From Eledone cirrhosa (taxonomy: Eukaryota): a stretch of DNA of 64,000 nt. Numbering within the stretch: position 1 is the stretch's first letter; the number at the start of each line of letters is the position of its first letter. Below, in pieces: positions 1 through 11,100 of this stretch. Both the position numbers and the translations under genes were made by a program. The stretch spans positions 25,358,001-25,422,000 of the forward strand of contig OZ024753.1 in the NCBI GenBank assembly GCA_964016885.1, written 5' to 3'. The notes beneath the pieces are model-generated. The model ran no database searches. It was not told where the DNA came from and was given only the letters and a program-made list of their open reading frames with translations.

Positions 1-3000
1 TTCCTACACGAAAATGCTGATAGACAAAGTAGAGAAGGTTGTTAAAAGAATGAGATGGAAAGCTTTGATTCTCGATGGACACTTTAACACGGACTCTACG
101 GAACATTTTGATATCAAAACTCATAAATACCCACAAAGAGTAAAAGATATGACCGCTTTTGAACTAGACTTAGTTAATCTAATCAACAATATAATTTTCG
201 TAAGTACTCTAACCCTTTTCAATCTAAACTATCTAATGATATTTCAATATTCAAATCTTCTAAAAATAAGTCCATTTTCTCCGACAAAACTAAAAACTTA
301 TACAAAGTTAATAATAATTTACATGACCATCTCTTAATAGATAACATCACCTCTAAATACCAAATAGCTAATATAAACACGTATCATAATATAAATAAGG
401 AAGCTAAAGAATTAGCTAGTTCTTTAAAAACAGAAAAACTTGCTAAACGTAATGCATATATCACCCTTAAAGATCACAAACCTGACTTTATTAATCGTCC
501 TAGTTGTAGATTAATCAACCCTGCTAAGACTGATATCGGTCTTGTCAGCAAAAAAATTTTAAATAATATAAACACACACATTAGAAGTAAGTCTAAATTA
601 CTCCAATGGATAAATAGCTCTTCCGTAGTACATTGGTTTAATAAAATTAAAGATAAAAATAGTTCTAGATTCACCCAATTTGACATTGTAGATTTCTACC
701 CGTCTATCACTCAGACTCTTTTAGCGAAAGCTTTAAATTTCACTAGAAAGTTTACCAATATCTCTGATATTGAAGAGAATGTCATCTTGCATGCTAGAAA
801 CACTCTACTCTTTACTGATAATGACACTTGGGTAAAAATATCTAACCCAGAGAGCCCATTCAATGTCTCAATGGGCTCTTTTGACAGTGCTGATGTTTGT
901 GATTTAGTCGGCCTATTCCTCCTACACACACTTAAAGAAAAATTCCCTAACCATAGTTTTGGGCTTTATCGCGACGATGGTCTAATACTTTCCCATACCA
1001 CCATAGGCCATAACTTAGATAGATTAAGGAAAGACTTAATAAAAACCTTTGCTAGTTTTAATCTTAAAATTACTATTGACACTAACCTTTCCAATGTTAA
1101 TTTTCTAGATATAAACCTAGATTTGCCTACTGCTTCTTATAAACCATACCATAAACCTAATGAAAATTTAAAATATATAAATAAAGGCTCTTGCCATCCT
1201 CCTATAGTTTTTAAAAACCTTATCCCTAATATTAGCCGTAGGATCTCCACCCGCTCTTCCTCAGAAGCTATTTTCAATAAGGCAGCCCCCTACTATAATA
1301 AAGCCCTTCAAAATAGCGGATTTAGCGAACCGATTAAGTACATACCCAACAATACTAACTCTTTTAAACATAATAATAGGAAAAGAAAAATAATCTGGTT
1401 CACACCCCCTACTCTCTAGCAGTTAAAACTAATGTAGGCAAAAAATTCCTAGAGCTCTTAGATAAACATTTCCCTAGAACACATAGATACTATAAGATCT
1501 TCAATAGAAACTGTGTCAAAATTAGCTACTCTTGCGGTCCTCCTATTAAATCTTATATCATCAATAAGAAATCACCTAGAGAACATCAAAATTGCTCCTG
1601 TAGAGTCAAAAGTGAATGCCCATTACAAGGTAAATGCAACACCAAAGCCATTGTATATGCGGCTAAAGTGACAACCATCAGCAACAACCAACCAACCACC
1701 AGTGGGCGATATGTGGGTATGACACAAGACAAATTCAAAACGCGTTATTACTCACATGTCGCATCTTTCCGACATCCAGAAAAAAGATTCACAACAGCTC
1801 TGGCCAGCAGAATATGGGATTTGAAAGACCAAGGTATCCAATATAAATTGGATTGGTCAATTTTGAACCAATCTAAAGAATATGCAAGAGGCACAAGAAG
1901 ATGCACACTCTGCATAAGTGAAAAATATTGGATTTTACAAAACCTTGAATCACCAAAAACCTGCCTAAATACAAAAACGGAAATTTTCACCAGTTGCCCA
2001 CACATGAAATCACACTTGCTTTCCAGCTCATATAAACTTAACTCACTTTCAGATACTTATCCTCCATAAACTCTTATTCTTCACTTTCCTTAAATTATTA
2101 TCTTTACAGACTTCTCTTTCTGATTTACTTTCATTTTTAACTTTATTTTTAATTTTATTTTTATTTTTGCTTCACATCCACCAGTAACCCCCCCCCCCCT
2201 ACTCTTCGATTCACTTACCTAATAACTTCACATTCCACATGTTACTTCCCCATTTTCTTTCACTACTTGATTTCACTTATCACTTGCGTTTTCCACTCCA
2301 GATATATTCTGTTGTTTCGCAGCAGTTTTTATATTAGTACTCATTTATTCATAAGGTTGCTTTATACTCTGTATCTATATGTCTGAGTGTGTTTATGTGT
2401 GTATACGTTCTGTATATGTATACGAGCACCTCTGTATGTGTGCGTGCGTACGTGTATATATATGTGTGTGTATGTGTGTTTATATATCTATGTTTTTACA
2501 TCTATGTTTTTTACATTCTTATTTTTACGTGCATGCGTAAGCGACTGAATGTACGTGAATGTGTATATATGTATGTATATATGTATACGTATGTATGGGT
2601 GTGTATGTGTGTGTGTGTATATGAAATTATAGTCGCATACGTACGTGTAATTAGATATACATGGGGCGAGATATATATATATATGTATACGTGCCTCATG
2701 TGTATGTATGTACGCATACATGCGCTTTTGTCTGTACGTATTTGTGTGTATAAATATTTTTATAGATATATGTTATTTATAGATATGTGTGTATGTACGT
2801 GCGTCCCTATGTTTGTTTTCTTTTCTCTAGTGTTAATTGATTACTTTCTCTTTCATTTAAAAATTTTTTTCATTCTCATATACTGTTTCATTTTTATACA
2901 TATATCGAGAATGACACTTCTTTTCACTATTACACTCCCTTCCCTCTTTATCTTCCGCATATAAGTGACCGCGCGTGTGTGTGTTTATACGCGTGCTTTC

Positions 3001-3490
3001 ATACTTGTATGTGTATCTAATACCTGTATCTAGATGCGTGTCAACTATATCATCTTCTCTTTCAACTCATATTATATCCGTATTTGTGGTCACATATACA
3101 CAAATATACTTGACCTCAAATATGTATTTACGCACACATTTTCACCATACACATGCATTTGTACATACATACATATGTATATTTGTGAGTGTATATACAT
3201 ACATATACACATACCTAACTATATTTCCTTATATTTTTTGTATATTTTTTTATATTTTTTAATATATTTTTTGCATTTCTTGAGACTTTCCAAATATTTC
3301 ACTATGTTTTATATTACCTTGTCCGACGAACGAATGAGGACGTTTTTTTCGTATTCGTTTTATTCGGGAAACCTCTGGTAATGAGGTAATTATATTGTAT
3401 TGTTTATTATACATTAAATTTTGCTCTGGTACTTGCATAGAGCACTCTTCACTCCTATGACTTTTTCAATTCTCAACGGAAACTTCAATA
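1..3490 (+). mobile_element. Penelope-like retroelement (RT plus C-terminal GIY-YIG endonuclease), frameshifted, with microsatellite-rich 3' region/pseudo-LTR
   Basis: RT motifs QFDIVDFYPSI (~677-710), MGSFDSADVCDLVG, YRDDGL, NFLDINLDL and YINKGSCHPP (last four in ORF 787..1419). Cys linker CSCRVKSECPLQGKC (~1590-1640). ORF 1668..2069 has GIY-YIG features (YVGMT, FKTRYYSH, CTLCISEK, LNTKTE, CPH). A hammerhead motif lies at 3313-3390. The ORF is broken by several indels and the 5' end is cut by the window. Confidence 0.92.
3313..3390 (+). ncRNA. Type I hammerhead ribozyme (core variant) in the Penelope pseudo-LTR
   Basis: Stem I ATTACCTTGT (3313-22) pairs with ATGAGGTAAT (3381-90). Core CCGACGA (3323-29; consensus CUGANGA). 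Stem II CGAATGAGGACG pairs with CGTTTTATTCG. GAAA at 3368-71, then a minimal stem III AC-C-TCT-G-GT and cleavage triplet GTA (3378-80). Confidence 0.75.
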
Positions 3491-3519
3491 CCTATATATA
3501 TATAAATATATATTCACAC

Positions 3520-5055
3520 CTGATGGCTGCCCCCTCGTTATCGAGTATGGCCATGGCACGAGAAAAAAAAAATAATAATAATAAATAAAAAAAATAATAT
3601 GAAAAAAAAAATATATATATATACATATACACATATATATATATTCACACACATACATAAACACATATATATATATACACATATATATATACATACACAT
3701 ATATTAATAACAATAATAATAATAACAATAATAATAATAATTGTTTCTACTTTAGGCACAAGGCCAATAATAACAATAATAATAGTAATGACAACAACAA
3801 TAATAATATACATATACATATATATATACACACACACGCACACACATAAACATATCTATACACACACGATAGCAACTAACAGCGCTGAGATCGAATGTGG
3901 CTTTTTAGCCCAGCCAATGATCTAAAATGTCTTGCACAGAGTCGGCAACCAAAACATTCACTGGGAATAGCCGGCTGTGGTTGGAGTTCATGTACTGTTG
4001 CATGTTGTTTGAGCCCTCCTGCTGATTTACATTCTCTACCACATGCTTGGCAAGCATGATGAGTAGCATCTCCAACAGCAGCCTGGTAGTCAACCACTGG
4101 TCTTACTTTATGACTGCGAAGATGACTTTCGAGTCCAGCTTTGCTTAGGCAGAGTCTCGCACAGACGCTGCATGTCAGCACCATAGGAGGACCCTCGCCG
4201 TCTGGAAGTGCAACAGCAATGCCCTTCCTCACATCCCGCTTTACTTTCTCGTATGCGATTCGAGATGCTTCAAAGGCAACTTTTTCCTCATATACAGTCT
4301 TTCTCCATTTATTACGATCAGCAGCAATATTTTCCGATGTATCAAAGAGGCTTTCAAGGAATCCTTATACCTCTTTTTTGGTTTATGTGGCGGTCGTTTT
4401 CCTTTAACTAACCCTTCATAAAAGAGTCGTTTTGGTATTCTAGACTCCTTCATCCTGGCAAGGTGACCACTCCAACGGAGTCGTTGCTTAAGCACAAGAG
4501 CTTCTATACTGTCACACATAGAGCTTTCCAAAATCTCAACATCACTGATGTGGTCCCTCCAGTGAACGCCATGGATCCGTCTGAGACACATCTGATGGAG
4601 ACGCTCCAATTGCTTAAGGTGGTGTTAATATGTGACCCAGGTCTCGCAGGCATAAAGAAGACAAGAAAGTACACATGCCTTGTACACCTTTACCTTTGTC
4701 CTCCTGCATATATCTCGCCGACCCCAGAGTCGCCTTTCTAGCTTTCCGAAAGCATCACTTGCTTTCCTAATCCTAAGTGAGATTTCACTATCAAGGTTGC
4801 TGTATCGATTGACAGTGCTTCCCAGGTAGACAAACCTTATCAACCACTCCAAATCGTTTACCATACACATAGATATTTGGTTCAGTGTACTGCTTACCAG
4901 GGGCAGGTTGGTACATGACGACGGTTTTCTTGAGACTGACAGTCAATCCTAGGGCAGTGCAAGCATCAGAAAATGCATTCAAAATGTGCTGCATATCACT
5001 CTCTGTTTGCGCTACAAGATTGCAATCATCTGCATACAAGAGGTCTCTTATGATA
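3520..5055 (-). mobile_element. RTE-clade LINE, 5'-truncated and degenerate, with three C-terminal C2H2-type zinc fingers
   Basis: Minus ORF pieces contain LLYADD, FVYLGS, KVKVYKACVLSCLLYACETW and RLRWSGHLARMKESRIPKRLFY. They are followed by CSVC..H, CQAC..H and CRLC..H repeats (ORF 3876..4232). The 3' UTR is interrupted by TA/TAA microsatellite (3570-3870). Confidence 0.85.
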
Positions 5056-5079
5056 CATACATACAAACATACATGGACA

Positions 5080-5400
5080 TCTACGGACCATTGATGAGGA
5101 GTTTATAAATCCAGTATCCAAGATACACCTTTAGCTTCATACCCATCATTATTGGAGCTACGGGTTATATACCAACTCGCTTGGACCAAAGTATGACTGA
5201 ACTTGGATTTGCGGACAAAGAGCGCAGCTCCCTAATTCATAGTCTACAAATGGCTGCGATAGCTGGCACCTTCAAAATTTGCAAAACATTCTTGTGATTC
5301 AAGGGATGACAATTTCTTTTCTTTTACAACCTTGCCACCAGAAAGGTGGCCGGTCAAAAAAATATACTCGAAATTAAGAGAAAGAGATAACATACATACA
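5080..5400 (+). mobile_element. 3' fragment of an R4/Dong-type non-LTR element
   Basis: Translates to YTFSFIPIIIGATGYI...GTFKICKTFL, paralogous to the C-terminus at 6345-6632. It is flanked by CATA microsatellite. Confidence 0.6.
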
Positions 5401-5449
5401 TATATACATATTATCTGAAATTCTATGCCAAGAACATAAATGGGATGAA

Positions 5450-6860
5450 GAAAAATGGAGTTTGGCCAAGATAAATGCTCATATATTACTGTAAAGCGGG
5501 GAAAAACTACAACCCAATCTAGCAACATTTGTATCAATGGCCTAACTGTTTCACCGATATCTGATGAGGACTGCTACAGATACCTGGGGATAGATGAGAA
5601 CATGTCCTATAATGGCATTTGTAACAAGGAACGCGTAACTAGGGAATATTACACCCAATTAAGAAAGATTTGGTCATCAGGATTCTCTGCGCACAATAAA
5701 ACAGTGTCTCACAATGTGTTTGCTGTGCCTGTCCTAACACCAACGTTTGGAATACTTGATTGGATGACAGACAAAATCCGAGCAGTTGATGTTAGGACTC
5801 GAAAAATACTAAACAACACCAGAAACTTCCATATCTACAGTGACATAGACCGCCTTTACCTGAAACATAAGCAGGAAGGCAGAGGCCTAACATCAGTCCA
5901 GACAGCATTTGAATATCGTATCATATCTCTCCGACAACATCTACGAACCTCGAAGCGTAGGAGCCCGTCTCTCGAGCAAGTCTATCTGCATGAAACAGAT
6001 AAGATCATGAGAGTTGGGAAGGAACTCCTTGAAAGTTATTCCCTGTGTGATAATCAAAAACTCACACCCAGGGAAATTGCCCAGCAGTACTGCAGTGAAT
6101 CCATGGATGAAAAACTGTATGCTTATCAGCAAAACATCATGCATGAATATGTTGGCAGGAAGCTCTAGAGTGAGAGTAATATAGATAAGGAAAGTAGTCT
6201 ATCTTGGACCAACAACCGCTATTTTTGCTCCCACTTTGAAGGTTACGCTTTTGTAATCCAAGAACAGGAAATCAACACAACATACCTGATTCACAAAAGA
6301 GATAGAGATGCAGGCAAAACACCTAAAAGAAGGCATGCACAGTAGTGGAATTTAGCTGCCCAGCAGATGCCAATATGATATCAAAGATTAGCGAAAAGGA
6401 GAATATTTATGCAGAACTAATGAGAAATCTGCAGATACTCCACCCTGATTATACCTTCAGATTTATACCTGTGATTATTGGGGCACTGGCATATGTTAGT
6501 AACTGCCTTAATACAAACCTTGAGAAGCTAGGCTTCACAGAAACAGAAAGAACACAGCTAGTTAAGAAATTACAAGTACAATCCATTAATGGGATATTAA
6601 GGATATTAAGGATATTAACATTCTGCATCTAATAAGTGCATATACACATGTACAGTTACAAAGCATATACACATGCACACATACAACTCAAAACATCCAC
6701 ATCCACACATACAATAACATCCATATCTACACAAACATACATACATATCTACCTAGTTGATGTTGTGTAAATTCCAATGAGAGAGTCTTATGTCTATGTT
6801 AGAAACTGACTCTCTCTCTATTGGCAAAAATTTGTGAAACTATAAAACCAGAAGAACATA
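5450..6860 (+). mobile_element. R4/Dong-clade (restriction-like endonuclease) non-LTR retrotransposon, 5'-truncated with internal deletion
   Basis: ORF 5455..6168 has MEFGQDKC, YRYLG, HNVFAVPVLTPTFGILDW and DIDRLY..GRGL. ORF 6345..6632 (VEFSCPAD..KISEKENIY..FIPVIIGAL) is the RLE C-terminus. Confidence 0.8.
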
Positions 6861-6869
6861 TATATATGT

Positions 6870-7478
6870 ATGGTGGCTGCCAACTCGTTTTCGAGTAGGG
6901 CCACTACTTTATATCCATGTAGGAGAACCCCTACTGATGTGCTGAACGAGTGTGACTTTTTAGTCCAGCCAGCGACTTGAAAACTCTGGTACAAACACTA
7001 CACTTCTGACAATTATTGACACATAGCGCTGGGCCCATGGTACCATGTGACGACAAGTGCAGAGAGATCTCCAGATATAAAACAATGTCTGTGCCGTGAA
7101 GCTTTTATAGTGAGCAAAGGCACTGCACAAAGCCAGTCCCACTCTCTTAACCAAGATGATATTTACCAAAAAGAAGAACAAGTCAACATCATTGGATACC
7201 ATCAGGGTTGCAGGTGTTATATCAGAGTTTTCCTTCTCCTAGAATTCTGCCTTGACAAAGGCTAAGGGGTCATATCTCCCGGTGATTTTGGATGGCCATT
7301 GACTCTTAAGAGCAACTTTGCCCTTTGACAGGTTTTGTTTTTAGTCCTGCAGGACGTCCAAAGTCACCCTCCTCACCAAGAAACATTGGTGGGGTTGCCA
7401 GTTTAGTCGCCAACGACCCGACCATGAGACAGGTTGTACTGGGATGCATGTTACCAGTAGCACCAACTGGTGACCTGA
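6870..7478 (-). mobile_element. Probable RTE 5'-UTR-derived or non-autonomous retroelement
   Basis: A block of higher GC content bounded by (TA)n on both sides. It begins with an HDV-like fold candidate (7398-7475) and has no intact ORF. Confidence 0.4.
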
Positions 7479-7970
7479 CATATATATATATACATACATA
7501 CATGCATATATGATGGATGCCCCCTCGTTATCAAGTATAGCCAATGCACGATATACCATTATTAATAATTATTAATTAATTGTATCGTGCAATGCCTGTG
7601 CATGAAGATATTTTTTAAAGTGAGGCCAACCTGAGGCTAAACAACAACAACAATAATAACCTGACTATGTGGAACAAGTAGCTGAGAGTAAAGTGTATCT
7701 GTGTGGGATGCACCCCTCGGGGATGGGGAGAGCCGAGGATGACAATACTGGCACACTAATCAATCTTTCCAATACATCTTTGTTGCATAACACTTCTTTT
7801 ATAGAGAGTAGAGAAACTTTTTAAAGTTGGACGCTAACCAAATTAAATGTTTTTGGAAGTTTATTGAATTTCCAGCGAGAAATACCAGAGGGACACCGAG
7901 GAAGCTCTGTAATATCTCTCAGTCGATTGACTTATTTAAGAATGGTTCCTAACATTAGCAATGTGTAATA

Positions 7971-8112
7971 GGGTGGTGGTGGTGATGGTGGTGCTGGTGG
8001 TGATGGTGTGGTGGTGGTGGTGGTGGTGATGTAGGTCATGGTGGTGGCGGTGGTGATGGTGGTGGTGGAGGTGGTGTTGGTGGTGGTTGTGAAGATAGTG
8101 GTGGTGGTGGAG
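7971..8112. repeat. (GGT)n-type degenerate microsatellite
   Basis: GGT/GAT triplet run seen directly. Confidence 0.9.
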
Positions 8113-8171
8113 CTAGAGGAGAAGGAAAGGATAAGGAGGGGTTGAGAAGGGGCGGAGGGGTAGAGGAAAAG

Positions 8172-11100
8172 GAGGTAATGTCCCAGTTACCTGATACAGT
8201 TGTCCCTGTTCAGTGTGTACTGTTTATGGGGAGGAGGGGGAAATAATGTCCCAGTTACCTGATACAGTTGTCCCTGTTCAGTATGTAGTTTATGGGGAGG
8301 GGGGGAGGTAATGTCCCAGTTACCTGATACAGTTGTCCTTGTTCAGTATGTACTGTTTATGGGGAGGTGGAGGAGGTAATGTCCCACTTACCTGATACAG
8401 TTGTCCCTGTTCAGTGTGTACTGTTTATGGGGAGGGGGAGGAGGTAATGTCCCAGTTACCTGATACAGTTGTCCTTGTTCAGTGTGTACTGTTTATGGGG
8501 AGGGGGGGAGGTAATGTCCCAGTTACCTGATACAGTTGTCCCTGTTCAGTGTGTACTGTTTATGGGGGGGGGGGAGGAGGTAATGTCCCAGTTACCTGAT
8601 ACAGTTGTCCCTGTTCAGTGTGTACTGTTTATGGGGAGGGGGGGAGGTAATGTCCCAGTTACCTGATACAGTTGTCCCTGTTCAGTATGTACTGTTTATG
8701 GGGAGGGGGAAGAGGTAATGTCCCAGTTACTGATACAGTTGTCCCTGTCTAGTGTGTACTGTTTATGGGGAGGGGGAGGAGGTAATGTCCCAGTTACCTG
8801 ATACAGTTGTCCCTGTTCAGTGTGTACTGTTTATGGGGAGGGGGAGGAGGTAATGTCCCAGTTACCTGATACAGTTGTCCCTGTCTAGTGTGTACTGTTT
8901 ATGGGGAGGGGGAGGAGGTAATGTCCCAGTTACCTGATACAGTTGTCCCTGTTCAGTGTGTACTGTTTATGGGGAGGGGGGGAGGTAATGTCCCAGTTAC
9001 CTGATACAGTTGTCCCTGTCTAGTGTGTACTGTTTATGGGGAGGGGGAGGAGGTAATGTCTCACTTACCTGATACAGTTGTCCCTGTTCAGTGTGTACTG
9101 TTTATGGGGAGGGGGGGAGGTAATGTCCCAGTTACCTGATACAGTTGTCCCTGTTCAGTGTGTACTGTTTATGGGGAGGGGGAAGAGGTAATGTCCCAGT
9201 TACTGATTCAGTTGTCCCTGTTCAGTGTGTACTGTTTATGGGGAGGGGGAGGAGGTAATGTCCCAGTTACCTGATACAGTTGTCCCTGTTCAGTGTGTAC
9301 TGTTTATGGGGAGGGGGAAGAGGTAATGTCCCAGTTACTGATTCAGTTGTCCCTGTTCAGTGTGTACTGTTTATGGGGAGGGGGAGGAGGTAATGTCCCA
9401 GTTACCTGATACAGTTGTCCCTGTTCAGTGTGTACTGTTTATGGGGAGGTGGAGGAGGTAATGTCCCACTTACCTGATACAGTTGTCCCTGTTCAGTGTG
9501 TACTGTTTATGGGGAGGTGGAGGAGGTAATGTCCCACTTACCTGATACAGTTGTCCCTGTTCAGTGTGTACTGTTTATGGGGAGGGGGAGGAGGTAATGT
9601 CCCAGTTACCTGATACAGTTGTCCCTGTTCAGTGTGTACTGTTTATGGGGAGGGGGAGGAGGTAATGTCCCAGTTACCTGATACAGTTGTCCCTGTTCAG
9701 TGTGTACTGTTTATGGGGAGGGGGAGGAGGTAATGTCCCAGTTACCTGATACAGTTGTCCCTGTTCAGTGTGTACTGTTTATGGGGAGGGGGAGGAGGTA
9801 ATGTCCCAGTTACCTGATACAGTTGTCCCTGTTCAGTGTGTACTGTTTATGGGGGGGGGAGGAGGTAATGTCCCAGTTACCTGATACAGTTGTCCCTGTT
9901 CAGTATGTACTGTTTATGGGGAGGGGGAAGAGGTAATGTCCCAGTTACTGATACAGTTGTCCCTGTCTAGTGTGTACTGTTTATGGGGAGGGGGAGGAGG
10001 TAATGTCCCAGTTACCTGATACAGTTGTCCCTGTTCAGTGTGTACTGTTTATGGGGAGGGGGAGGAGGTAATGTCCCAGTTACCTGATACAGTTGTCCCT
10101 GTCTAGTGTGTACTGTTTATGGGGAGGGGGAGGAGGTAATGTCCCAGTTACCTGATACAGTTGTCCCTGTTCAGTGTGTACTGTTTATGGGGAGGGGGAG
10201 GAGGTAATGTCCCAGTTACCTGATACAGTTGTCCCTGTCTAGTGTGTACTGTTTATGGGGAGGGGGAGAAGGTAATGTCCCAGTTACCTGATACAGTTGT
10301 CCCTGTTCAGTGTGTACTGTTTATGGGGAGGGGGAGAAGGTAATGTCCCAGTTACCTGATACAGTTGTCCCTGTCTAGTGTGTACTGTTTATGGGGAGGG
10401 GGAGGAGGTAATGTCCCAGTTACCTGATACAGTTGTCCCTGTTCAGTATGTACTGTTTATGGGGAGGGGGAGGAGGTAATGTCCCAGTTACCTGATACAG
10501 TTGTCCCTGTTCAGTGTGTAGTTTATGGGGAGGGGGAAGAGGTAATGTCCCAGTTACCTGATACAGTTGTCCCTGTTCAGTGTGTACTGTTTATGGGGAG
10601 GTGGAGGAGGTAATGTCCCAGTTACCTGATACAGTTGTCCCTGTTCAGTATGTAGTTTATGGGGAGGGGGGGGGGGGTAATGTCCCAGTTACCTGATACA
10701 GTTGTCCCTGTTCAGTGTGTACTCTTTATGGGGAGGGGGGGAGGTAATGTCCCAGTTACCTGATACAGTTGTCCCTGTTCAGTGTGTACTGTTTATGGGG
10801 AGGGGGAAGAGGTAATGTCCCAGTTACTGATTCAGTTGTCCCTGTTCAGTGTGTACTGTTTATGGGGAGGGGGAGGAGGTAATGTCCCAGTTACCTGATA
10901 CAGTTGTCCCTGTTCAGTGTGTACTGTTTATGGGGAGGGGGAAGAGGTAATGTCCCAGTTACTGATTCAGTTGTCCCTGTTCAGTGTGTACTGTTTATGG
11001 GGAGGGGGAGGAGGTAATGTCCCAGTTACCTGATACAGTTGTCCCTGTTCAGTGTGTACTGTTTATGGGGAGGTGGAGGAGGTAATGTCCCACTTACCTG

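Noticed and set aside
2389-3925. Multiple ORFs rich in Y/I/C/V/H/T
   Set aside because: They are artefacts of TA/TG/CA dinucleotide repeats.
7740-7835. Next downstream exon of the host gene (minus strand, RPTLKSF...)
   Set aside because: The phase required after the 15531 donor gives a stop within four codons, and there is no good donor.
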